Assembly (NCBI GenBank): GCA_002311645.1
Contig: DBYW01000003.1
Location: 166,567-230,566, forward strand
Length of the DNA stretch: 64,000 nucleotides
Source of the DNA: Bacteroidales bacterium UBA1176
Lineage (GTDB): Bacteria > Bacteroidota > Bacteroidia > Bacteroidales > WCHB1-69
Direction: 5' to 3'
Position 1 is the first letter of the stretch. Every line of letters starts with the position of its first letter. This document shows positions 52,835 through 61,231 of the stretch, one piece after another. The notes under the pieces are model-generated. The model worked only from the letters and a program-made list of their open reading frames with translations, was not told the DNA's origin and searched no databases. The translations under genes were made by a program, and so were the position numbers.

Positions 52835-55321
52835 TTGAGAAAAATCATCCTCTCCATACTGTTTTTCCTTGGTCTTTTTGCCCATGATTTATATGGACAA
52901 AAAGGGGTCATCAAGGGGGTTGTGCAGGACGAGGAGGGCTATCCCATCGAAAACGCAGTCATACAGGTCTTGGACCACAACCTGCAGACCATCACCAACG
53001 ACTACGGGCATTTCATCATCAACGTGCCGGAGAATATTGAGTTAAGACTGATTTTCCGGCAAATCAGCCATCGCGACACCATTTTGACCTACAAGCTCCG
53101 GACCAAGGAGACGCGTACTGTCACGGTTGTGATGCAGACCATCGGCACCCGGCTGGAGCAGGTGGACATCCGCAGTTCAGCGGATAACGGCTATGTTCGC
53201 GTGGATCCCAAGCTCAGTTTCCAACTGCCCTCCGTCAGCGGCGGCATGGAGTCGCTCATCAAGATGCTGCCGGGCGCCTCTTCCTCCAACGAGTTGAGTT
53301 GGCAGTACAACGTGCGCGGTGGCAACTACGACGAGAATCTGCTATTTGTCAACGACATCCAAATCTACCGTCCCTTTCTGGTGCGCAGCGCGCAACAAGA
53401 AGGCATGAGTTTCATCAACACAGACCTCACCGGCAACGTGCAGTTCTCCGCCGGCGGCTTCGAGGCCAAGTATGGCGACAAGATGTCCTCCGTGCTCGAT
53501 GTGCAATACAAGACCCCCACGAAATACGGCGGGTCCATCTCCGGCAGCCTCATGGGAGCCTCCGCACATGCCGAAGGCCGCGTCGACAGCTGCTTTTCCT
53601 TCCTCGTCGGCATTCGTTTCAAAGACAACTCATTTCTGCTCAAAACCTTGGACTCCATTGTCGACTACAAGCCCCGCTTCTTTGACGCACAAATGCTCCT
53701 GAACTGGGACATCAACAAGAAGTTCAGCATCAGCCTCTTGGGCAATTTTGCCCTGAACGACTACCGCTATATCCCCACTTACCGCAGCCAACGCAGCGGA
53801 TCGGTGAACGACATCAAGTGGCTTCGCATTTACTTTGACGGGCAAGAATCCGACAAGTACCAGAACTATCTCGGCGGCCTCACCTTCAACTATCACCCAT
53901 CCGACAAAACGCAACTTCGCCTGATTCTATCTTCCTATTTCGCCAAAGAGAGCGAGACCTACGACATTCAAGGTCAGTATTTCCTGAGCGACGTGGAGGG
54001 CGACTTAGGAAGCGATCAAGTGGCACAAGAGGTCTCCGTGCGCGCATACGGCACCTATCTGGAACATGCGCGAAACCACCTCACCTCCATCGTTTCCGCC
54101 GCCAACCTGCTGGGCGAGCACCAACTGCCACACAACACTCTAAGCTGGGGCTTCAAGGTGCAGAATGAAATCATCCGAGACAAGATAGACGAGTGGACCA
54201 TGCGCGACTCGTCTGGATATACGGTGCCACAAACCTTTCTGACACCCGGGGAACCTGTGCCCTACGACGACCCCTCGCGCACTCTCAGTTTTGACGAAAA
54301 CGACATCCTTTACGCCACCAACAACCTCAACACCTTCCGCCTCACAGGATTCGTTCAGGATGTATGGAAAATCGATGACGAGACGCGCCCGCATTACATC
54401 CTCAACGGCGGTCTGCGCTTCCATTATTGGACATTCACCCCCAAGGAGTTCACGGTCTCTCCACGACTTGCCTTCACCTACAACCCGCGTTGGCAACACG
54501 ACTGGCTATTCCACATCAGAACCGGCATGTACTACCAGCCCGCCTTCTACCGCGAAATGCGCCGCCCCGACGGCACGCTCAACCACGATATCCGCTCACA
54601 ACGGTCTTTCCAGGTGGTCGCCGGCACGGAATACAATTTCCAGATGTGGCGCCGTCCCTTCAAATTTACGGCTGAAGCCTACTACAAGTACATGGACCGG
54701 CTGATCTCCTACAACGTGGACAACGTGCGCATCATCTACAGCGGAGAGAACAATGCCGTGGGCTATGCCACAGGCCTCGACATGAAACTCAGCGGAGAGT
54801 TCATCAAAGGGCTGGAATCCTGGTTCTCCGTCTCACTGCTGAAAACAGCGGAAGACATCATCGGCGACTACTACTACGACAATGAGGGCAATCGCATAGA
54901 GCCTGGCTATATCCCCCGCCCCACCGACCAGCGCGTGGCATTCAACCTTTTCTTCCAAGACCACATCCCGGGATTCCCGCAATTCCGCGTACACCTCAAC
55001 TTTGTATTCGCATCTGGTCTGCCCTTCGGACCGCCCAACGCGCCCGCCTACAAGCGGCAATTCCGCACCACATGGTATCGCCGTATCGACATGGGCTTCT
55101 CGTTCATGCTCCTTGAGCAAAGCCGCGACCGCATGCGCCACAAGTCCGCGTTCCTCCGCAGCATCAAAAACGCAGGCATCTACATCGAAGTCTTCAACGT
55201 GTTAGGCACATACAACGTCTCCTCCTATTTCTGGATCAACGACCTCAACAACGTACAGTATCCCATGCCCAACTACCTCACCGGCAGACTTATCAATGTG
55301 AAGTTCGCGGTGGAATGGTAA
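52835..55321 (+). CDS. TonB-dependent receptor with N-terminal carboxypeptidase-regulatory-like domain
   Basis: Signal peptide, a GVIKGVVQDEEGYPIENAVIQV CarbopepD_reg-like fold, a plug region (..NVRGGNYDENLLFVNDIQIY..AKYGDKMSSVLDV) and a C-terminal aromatic ..FAVEW. The apparent start codon is TTG. Confidence 0.8.
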   Translation: MRKIILSILFFLGLFAHDLYGQKGVIKGVVQDEEGYPIENAVIQVLDHNLQTITNDYGHFIINVPENIELRLIFRQISHRDTILTYKLRTKETRTVTVVMQTIGTRLEQVDIRSSADNGYVRVDPKLSFQLPSVSGGMESLIKMLPGASSSNELSWQYNVRGGNYDENLLFVNDIQIYRPFLVRSAQQEGMSFINTDLTGNVQFSAGGFEAKYGDKMSSVLDVQYKTPTKYGGSISGSLMGASAHAEGRVDSCFSFLVGIRFKDNSFLLKTLDSIVDYKPRFFDAQMLLNWDINKKFSISLLGNFALNDYRYIPTYRSQRSGSVNDIKWLRIYFDGQESDKYQNYLGGLTFNYHPSDKTQLRLILSSYFAKESETYDIQGQYFLSDVEGDLGSDQVAQEVSVRAYGTYLEHARNHLTSIVSAANLLGEHQLPHNTLSWGFKVQNEIIRDKIDEWTMRDSSGYTVPQTFLTPGEPVPYDDPSRTLSFDENDILYATNNLNTFRLTGFVQDVWKIDDETRPHYILNGGLRFHYWTFTPKEFTVSPRLAFTYNPRWQHDWLFHIRTGMYYQPAFYREMRRPDGTLNHDIRSQRSFQVVAGTEYNFQMWRRPFKFTAEAYYKYMDRLISYNVDNVRIIYSGENNAVGYATGLDMKLSGEFIKGLESWFSVSLLKTAEDIIGDYYYDNEGNRIEPGYIPRPTDQRVAFNLFFQDHIPGFPQFRVHLNFVFASGLPFGPPNAPAYKRQFRTTWYRRIDMGFSFMLLEQSRDRMRHKSAFLRSIKNAGIYIEVFNVLGTYNVSSYFWINDLNNVQYPMPNYLTGRLINVKFAVEW

Positions 55322-55351
55322 GCACCCTGTCCCCAAAAACTAAGGGGATTT

Positions 55352-56012
55352 TATACCTGATGGCACAAATCAGGACATCTGCATCTTTATTTTTATTTGG
55401 GCGTGCCGGCGTGGCGGCGGAAAATTGCATTCGTTCCGTAGAGACGCAATGCATTGCGTCTCTACAATCACGCATATAACCAGATATTCCCGCCGCCGCG
55501 CCGTCGGGCTTTTCGCTCCAATGATTTTGGCACCATTCCGCCGCCTACGATTGGAGATGGAGGAATCTCCGACAGGCAACGGCACTCCTTTTCGCCAAAA
55601 TCATTTCCGCTGCAATCCCTCACGCATGCTCGTCGGACGCCACTCCCGTTTCGCGGCGAACAACGCACTACCTCGTCTCATGGTTCTCCCGCGCCGCGAT
55701 TTTCCCACGCACCATCCCCATTCCAGGGGTTGCAGCGCTTCCCGTCATCACACTTGCTACGCTTCGTGTGGTGTTACAAAAAGGAAGGACTCTTCGAGGC
55801 CGGTTCAATTACATTGTCATTGCCCCCTTCAGACGTGTTCCGAAGGAACACCCGTCTCTGTAACCCCACACGGCCGTGTGGGGTGGAACGACGGCACAGA
55901 CACTCTCTCGCGGCGCGGGAGTCGGCATCCAAGATGCATGAAACTTGCTCGCCGCGAAAGGGAGGCATTAGAAAAATGTGTTGTTTATCCCGACCTGGTG
56001 CCATCAGGTATA
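55352..56012. repeat. Palindrome-rich repeat, copy R2: full-length, MITE-like, 15-bp terminal inverted repeats
   Basis: TATACCTGATGGCAC at 55352-55366 is the exact reverse complement of 55998-56012. Contains a 28-nt palindrome at 55438-55465 and a 20-nt palindrome at 55864-55883. Fills a convergent intergenic gap. Confidence 0.75.
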
Positions 56013-56024
56013 TAACGACCAAAA

Positions 56025-56654
56025 CTAAACACTATAGCATCGGGTGCCGCGCGTGCGGAACACGCACTCTTCACGAGCCACGCATCCCTCGCAACTCTTG
56101 CGACTCTCGCCTCCCAACTTGACAATGCCCGCCATCGATTTCATCGGCACCATCAAGCCGGAATCCAGGAACGTGATGCCAATGCGGTCGGCCCGCAATC
56201 GGGTGACAATGTCGCGACAATCCTCTAACGGGGTGCCGCCATAGCCCGGACAAAACCGAAATCCCCGGTTGGGGTACGGCAAAGCGCGTTCGTACTCGTC
56301 GGCCTTATACTCCAAATAGGCCGATGCCGCAGCATCGAAGACCAAGGCGTAAGTCATATCTATCAGTTCCAGTCGCTTGAGGTGGCGGTCAACCTGCGCT
56401 CCTAACGTAGTGGCGCACAGCAGGAAGCCCTCAGCACCCGACAGATGCTTCATATAGGCGTCATTGCGCAGCATAAATTCCAAGGGTTCTGTGAAATGGG
56501 CATAGAGGTAATGGAATGACGACAGTTGCTCCACCTCCCCGAGGGCACGGTCAACGCGCTGCCGGACATCCTCCCCTACCGGCGTCTCCGGCGGGTAGCC
56601 CAGGTAGCGCGCCACACATGCAACAAGTCCACTATTTGATGACACGCTTTTCAT
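56025..56654 (-). CDS. Stand-alone methionine-synthase activation-domain (Met_synt_B12)-like protein
   Basis: C-terminal 180 aa are alignable by eye to the MetH reactivation domain (..FRFCPGYGG.PLED...ITFLDSGLMVPMKSMAGIV). Start set at MKSVSS, inside the last codons of ruvC. Confidence 0.6.
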   Translation of the reverse strand: MKSVSSNSGLVACVARYLGYPPETPVGEDVRQRVDRALGEVEQLSSFHYLYAHFTEPLEFMLRNDAYMKHLSGAEGFLLCATTLGAQVDRHLKRLELIDMTYALVFDAAASAYLEYKADEYERALPYPNRGFRFCPGYGGTPLEDCRDIVTRLRADRIGITFLDSGLMVPMKSMAGIVKLGGESRKSCEGCVAREECVFRTRGTRCYSV

Positions 56655-57198
56655 TGTTCGCGATGAAGGATTTCCAATCGGAAAATTTGGAGCCGCCGCC
56701 CACGACGATGCGCGACTGCAGATGGTGGCACACGGCGGCAGCCAAAGCGTCTGTGGCATCCAAATAGTCGATATCCTGTGACAACGGGTACATGTGGCAC
56801 AGCATGGCAGCCACCTGCTCCTTGGCGGCATTGCCGTTGCCTGTGATGGCCTGCTTGATCTTGCGGGGCGTATACTCGAAAACCTCCATGCCCGCGTGCA
56901 GACAAGCGGCAATCACCACACCCTGCGCACGGCCCAACTTCAGCATCGACTGCACATTGCTACCGTAAAACGGGGCCTCGATGGAGAGAATGTCTGGGTG
57001 GTATTGCTCAATCAGGGCATTGGTCTTCTCATATATGTATTTCAACTTGGCATAGTGGTCAGACAGCTTCTTCATCTGTATCACACTGATCACCTCCACA
57101 TCCGACTTGCTGAGATTAGTGTGCAGCACGGCGTAGCCCATCACCGTGGTGCCCGGGTCGATGCCCAAGATACGATGTTCGGTCTTCTCATCCATCAC
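56632..57198 (-). CDS. ruvC: Crossover junction endodeoxyribonuclease RuvC
   Basis: ILGIDPGTTVMGYAV N-terminus, RNase-H-like fold, 188 aa. Confidence 0.9.
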   Translation of the reverse strand: MMDEKTEHRILGIDPGTTVMGYAVLHTNLSKSDVEVISVIQMKKLSDHYAKLKYIYEKTNALIEQYHPDILSIEAPFYGSNVQSMLKLGRAQGVVIAACLHAGMEVFEYTPRKIKQAITGNGNAAKEQVAAMLCHMYPLSQDIDYLDATDALAAAVCHHLQSRIVVGGGSKFSDWKSFIANNEKRVIK

Positions 57199-57689
57199 TT
57201 TTTCGTTTTATCCGCATTGAAATAGAGATACCCGTCCTCATAATGGATGACGGCTTTGTGTTGCACGAAGAAATCGTTACCGAGAATCATCTGGACGGGC
57301 TTCTTGTTCAACCGGACATACGCCATGTTGATATAGGAGAAATCAAGCAGCGCCATATCCTTGAAAATGGACCGTTTATAGCGGCCAATGCGAAAATCGG
57401 GAATGTCGGCCACACGCACTTGGAAATCATCGCCACCAATGCCAGCAGTGACACCCTCGTGTTCTGTGGCCTGAATTTCCGGAAAAATTTCCTTTGCAAA
57501 ACTCGCATCCATGCAACTGTGGGAGGCACCCGTGTCAAGTACGATGCGGACACGATGACACGCCACAGAGCCGTCGATCAGCGTGTGGTAGTCGCCCTTT
57601 TCGAGCTGCATAACATGGAGCCTGACCTTGTATCTCGTCGTTTTCATCCTATTATTCATTCTATAATGCTTTGCACGGAATCGCGTCAA
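57195..57689 (-). CDS. Retropepsin-like (clan AA) aspartic protease
   Basis: Active-site motif VLDTGASHSCMD. Size is about 150 aa. Overlaps the ruvC start by 4 nt. The exact start Met is uncertain. Confidence 0.65.
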   Translation of the reverse strand: MTRFRAKHYRMNNRMKTTRYKVRLHVMQLEKGDYHTLIDGSVACHRVRIVLDTGASHSCMDASFAKEIFPEIQATEHEGVTAGIGGDDFQVRVADIPDFRIGRYKRSIFKDMALLDFSYINMAYVRLNKKPVQMILGNDFFVQHKAVIHYEDGYLYFNADKTKK

Positions 57690-57707
57690 CCTTGAACGTC
57701 ACATCGT

Positions 57708-58619
57708 CTACAGCCAACGTTTCTTCATGAAGAAGATGACCAGTCCTATCAGAATTACGGCACAAAAACCGACGACAATCAAGAAAGCGTATGGCGACTC
57801 GGCAAAGGGCAGATTCACATTCATTCCATAGAGACCACTGATGAAAGTCAACGGCAGCACAATGGTGGAGATGATGGTGAGCATGCGCATAATCTCGTTG
57901 GTCTTGTTGGTCTGCAACGAGTCGAAGGTGCTGGAGAGGCCGTCCACCAACTCGCCATAGTCGTCAATCATATCCCACATCTTCTGGTAGAAGTCGAGGA
58001 TATTGCCCCAGTAGTCTTCCATATCGTCGGCGAAGCCCCTGACATCGCCCGACTCGAAGAGCTTGAACAAGCGCAACTGCGGCTTGAACATGGTGTTGAG
58101 CTGGATGATGTTTTTGCGGAATCGCGAGATTTGCTCGATGATCTTCTCCGACTTGCTGCTGAAGAGTTCGCGGTTGATGACGTCGAGTTCGGTGCCCATG
58201 CGCTCCACAAGGAGGAAGGTCTCCTTCATCATCCTATACAAGATGTGGTAAAGTATGGCATCACTGGTGCCGCTGATATCGTCCTCGTCCTCCGGTTCAG
58301 GATGGATCTTGGTGTAGTTGAAGAGATCCTGCACCACATAGTGGGAGTTGCCGACCGTGATCAAATAATCCTGCCCCCAGAAAATCTTGGTCTCCTCGGT
58401 CTTGACAAGCTGCGTGCGTTTATCCAACAAGGGGAAATGAAAGACAAGGAAGAAGTAGTCATCGTAAATGTCGATTTTCGGACGCTGCACAAAACTGGAA
58501 CAGTCGTCTATATCCAACGGGTGAAAATGGAAGTTATCCCTCAAAAAATCCAGGTCTTCGACGGTCGGATTTGTAATATGATGCCATTTAAAGGTCCCGA
58601 AATCGATGGTGTCAACCAT
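57708..58619 (-). CDS. corA: CorA-family magnesium/cobalt transporter
   Basis: YGMNV (GMN) motif between two C-terminal TM helices, 303 aa. Confidence 0.88.
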   Translation of the reverse strand: MVDTIDFGTFKWHHITNPTVEDLDFLRDNFHFHPLDIDDCSSFVQRPKIDIYDDYFFLVFHFPLLDKRTQLVKTEETKIFWGQDYLITVGNSHYVVQDLFNYTKIHPEPEDEDDISGTSDAILYHILYRMMKETFLLVERMGTELDVINRELFSSKSEKIIEQISRFRKNIIQLNTMFKPQLRLFKLFESGDVRGFADDMEDYWGNILDFYQKMWDMIDDYGELVDGLSSTFDSLQTNKTNEIMRMLTIISTIVLPLTFISGLYGMNVNLPFAESPYAFLIVVGFCAVILIGLVIFFMKKRWL

Positions 58620-58692
58620 TTATAACCTCCTTTCTTCTATTGGATTAATACTGACAAAGACTACATCTTGGTGTGGATTATTGTAAAGCGGG

Positions 58693-58700
58693 CAAAAATA
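58693..58700 (-). promoter_or_regulatory. -7 box TATTTTTG for corA
   Basis: Reverse complement of CAAAAATA, 74 nt upstream of the corA ATG. Confidence 0.4.
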
Positions 58701-58721
58701 CAAAAAAAAAAGAAAAAAAAT

Positions 58722-58729
58722 TATTTTTG
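58722..58729 (+). promoter_or_regulatory. -7 box TATTTTTG for the metallophosphoesterase gene
   Basis: TAnnTTTG match 20 nt before the ATG at 58749. It is separated from the corA box only by A10-G-A8. Confidence 0.45.
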
Positions 58730-58748
58730 CACCAATTTTAGATTTCTT

Positions 58749-59855
58749 ATGAAAAACCACCTGCTACCCCTGCTCTTGTTGGCCGTCATCATTCTGGCGG
58801 TATGGTATTTGTCGCGAAGGAGCGCCTTCATTTTCGGATGCAAACCTACTTGGTTCTACATCGGCTACGCCCTGCTCTTTGTCGGATGCGCGTTTTTCAC
58901 CTTCGCGGGCGCCCGCCCGTGGACATGCAGCCCGTTGGGGCACGTCTGTTTCTGCTTTGCCAGCGAGCTGTTGGGGGTGCTGTTGTACCTGCTGCTCATC
59001 ATGTTGGCCGTGGACATCATGCAACTGTTCGCCCACTTCCCGGCACGAACCTTCGGGCTCATCGTGGGGCTGCTGACGGCAGGCGTGTGCGCGGCGGCCA
59101 CTATCAACGCCTTCGTGCCGCGCCTCACGCCCGTGACGGTGGAGCTGCCCAACCTGCGGCAACCCGTACGCGCGGTGCTGCTCACTGACACCCACCTGGG
59201 ACATTTTCGCGGACGGAGGCATGTGCAACGGCTCGTCAACAAAATCAACCAGGCGCAACCCGACCTCATCTTCTTCACCGGCGACTGTTTTGAGAGTCCT
59301 TACAACCTCAACATCCGCACGGTAGAGCCCTTCCGGCAGCTGAACGCGCCCGTCTATTTCGTGTCGGGCAACCACGACGGCTATGTGGGCACCGATTCGG
59401 TGAAAAGCCTGTTACGGCAGGTGGGTGTGCGCGTGATGGACACGGAAGTGGCAGAAGCGTGCGGACTGCAGATTGTGGGCTTGGACTATATGCGCGCCGA
59501 CGAGCAAGATGGCAACTCGATGCACGCGCCCGTAGGCGACGCCACTATCGAATCTGTAAGCAAAGAGCTGATACGCAAGGGCGAATTGCCCATTGTGGTG
59601 TTGCATCACAACCCCTGTGGGGGCGAGTATTTGGAGAAGGCCGGTGTGGACCTCTATCTGGCGGGGCACACGCACGGCGGGCAGCTCTACCCACTCATCT
59701 GGATCAATGACCGGATTTTCCAGTTCAACCGAGGTTTGTACCGATTGGGCAATATGCAGGCCTACACCTCCTGCGGCAGCGGCACCTTCGGCCCGCCGAT
59801 GCGCCTCGGCACACGCAGCGAGATAACGGTGATGGAGATGAGGCCTGAAAAATAA
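58749..59855 (+). CDS. Membrane-anchored metallophosphoesterase
   Basis: Four N-terminal TM segments, then the motifs LTDTHLGH, TGDCF, GNHD and GHTHGG. Confidence 0.8.
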   Translation: MKNHLLPLLLLAVIILAVWYLSRRSAFIFGCKPTWFYIGYALLFVGCAFFTFAGARPWTCSPLGHVCFCFASELLGVLLYLLLIMLAVDIMQLFAHFPARTFGLIVGLLTAGVCAAATINAFVPRLTPVTVELPNLRQPVRAVLLTDTHLGHFRGRRHVQRLVNKINQAQPDLIFFTGDCFESPYNLNIRTVEPFRQLNAPVYFVSGNHDGYVGTDSVKSLLRQVGVRVMDTEVAEACGLQIVGLDYMRADEQDGNSMHAPVGDATIESVSKELIRKGELPIVVLHHNPCGGEYLEKAGVDLYLAGHTHGGQLYPLIWINDRIFQFNRGLYRLGNMQAYTSCGSGTFGPPMRLGTRSEITVMEMRPEK

Positions 59856-59927
59856 GTGCTTTTCACCCTGTTTTACTTCACGGCAAGAATATACGTTGTT
59901 ATTTTAATTTAGTGTTACATTTTTTTA

Positions 59928-59935
59928 TATTTTTG
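59928..59935 (+). promoter_or_regulatory. Consensus -7 box TATTTTTG with no downstream ORF (orphan promoter)
   Basis: Its context ATTTTTTATATTTTTGC.GCG is nearly identical to the promoter at 48265-48285. The next 300 nt of the plus strand has no ORF. Confidence 0.4.
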
Positions 59936-60058
59936 CAGCGTTGTTTTAGCACGGTTCAACCGTACAGCGTCAGAGCCCTTGGGTAGTAGATAGCACTAAA
60001 AGACAAACAGGAAACCTTATGGAGTGTAAGCGTAGCGCGTAGGCGGAAGGCACAAAGG

Positions 60059-60470
60059 TTAATACTTTAGCGGAGTTCGCTCCCGCTTCCATAAAAGTTT
60101 TCTGGATTTTACAACGGCGGTTCTTACAGGAATCGCCGTTCTTATTTCCCAGAACTGCTTCTTATAGTTATAATTTAAGGTAACTACTGCTACAAATTTT
60201 CTCCCCTCGGAATTTGTTGTAACTAAATCCAATGCGTCATTCGGAGCTTGGCGTATTTCTCCAAAAGTAGTAGCAATTATTTTTACAAAATCCATTGCCG
60301 ATATACCAAGGGCATCAAGTTCAACTTTATGTTTTTTTGTTGATGTGTTCTATATGCCTGTTATCAATCATAATGTCAGCGCACTTCACACGGGCCTTTC
60401 TCGCAATCGGCAAGGTTATTCTGCCCACTTTGATGTATCCTGATGTCGATGCTTCGGGATTAGTATTCAT
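60059..60470 (-). pseudogene. PBECR-like (Barnase/EndoU/ColicinE5-D/RelE-like) nuclease gene split by a frameshift in an A7 run
   Basis: A 47-codon ORF (60327-60470, MNTNPEAS..IMIDNRHIEHINKKT*) and a 78-codon ORF (60059-60295) join into one 136-aa frame if one A is removed from 60332-60338. Confidence 0.55.
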
Positions 60471-60783
60471 TTGATTTATCTTTACTTTTTGTAGGACTTT
60501 TCAAAATCGTGGCCAGCATATAGAGGCCTTTCTCGGTAAAAGCCTTGGACGCTTGCCTTGTCTTTTGGAATTTTGTGGTCGAAAATTTCGACCGCAATTT
60601 ATTAAATTCCTGATTGTCAAGCTTGAACACATACCCTTTCGGAAATTTTTTAGGATTATTGCTAACCGCTTCATTGATGCACTTGGTTTCCACGCCATAT
60701 AGTTCAGCGACATCGGAGTCTAAAATCACCTGTTGATTTCGGAAGGTGATGATTTTGCTTTCTACTACTAAGATGTTGGTCAT
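60460..60783 (-). CDS. ORF6N (KilA-N-like) domain protein, short form
   Basis: FRNQQVILDSDVAELYGVETK.INEAV..N..KFP..YVF.L is the typical ORF6N core. 107 aa. Confidence 0.7.
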   Translation of the reverse strand: MTNILVVESKIITFRNQQVILDSDVAELYGVETKCINEAVSNNPKKFPKGYVFKLDNQEFNKLRSKFSTTKFQKTRQASKAFTEKGLYMLATILKSPTKSKDKSNEY

Positions 60784-60811
60784 AATGATTAATTTTTTTT
60801 AAATTGCAGGA

Positions 60812-60819
60812 CAAAGATA
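60812..60819 (-). promoter_or_regulatory. -7 box TATCTTTG for the ORF6N/nuclease pair
   Basis: Reverse complement of CAAAGATA, 29 nt upstream of the ATG at 60783. Confidence 0.45.
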
Positions 60820-61174
60820 ATGCAACACAAACCGGTTGTCAAGAGCATGGCGATATTTTTTCATTGCTAAAAACCAACCACTTATAAAAACAAATTAAAT
60901 ATTAATTATTAATAGTCAACTTTTAAACACGACTTTCGGAGAAAAAGGGATGTTTCAAGGAAAAATTGATAAGTCCTTTATCTAAGTCTATCATTGAATC
61001 TAGTGTTAAAGTGCTTTTTGCAGTATGATTCAATAAAGTAAAGTTATGACTCAAAAAGCAGCGTGAGCTGGCTGGCCCGCCGAAGTGTCCAAAGACCTCG
61101 CTGACAGGATTGGGGAATGATGTTTTCTCCAAAATAAAAATGCATTTCCATCTTTCTCGTTATTAAAAAAAATG

Positions 61175-61182
61175 TATTTTTG
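61175..61182 (+). promoter_or_regulatory. -7 box TATTTTTG for the Fic gene
   Basis: TAnnTTTG match 50 nt before the ATG at 61232. Confidence 0.45.
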
Positions 61183-61231
61183 TCGGCGAAAAGGTGGCTA
61201 CATAGCCACCTTTGACAAAACATTTTAAACA

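Noticed and set aside
59936-60060. SRP RNA, tmRNA or riboswitch identity for the orphan transcript
   Set aside because: GGCGGAAGGCAC only superficially resembles the SRP helix-8 GGAA motif. There is no 5'/3' closing helix, no tRNA-like end and no riboswitch core that I can recognise. It is kept only as an unclassified candidate RNA.
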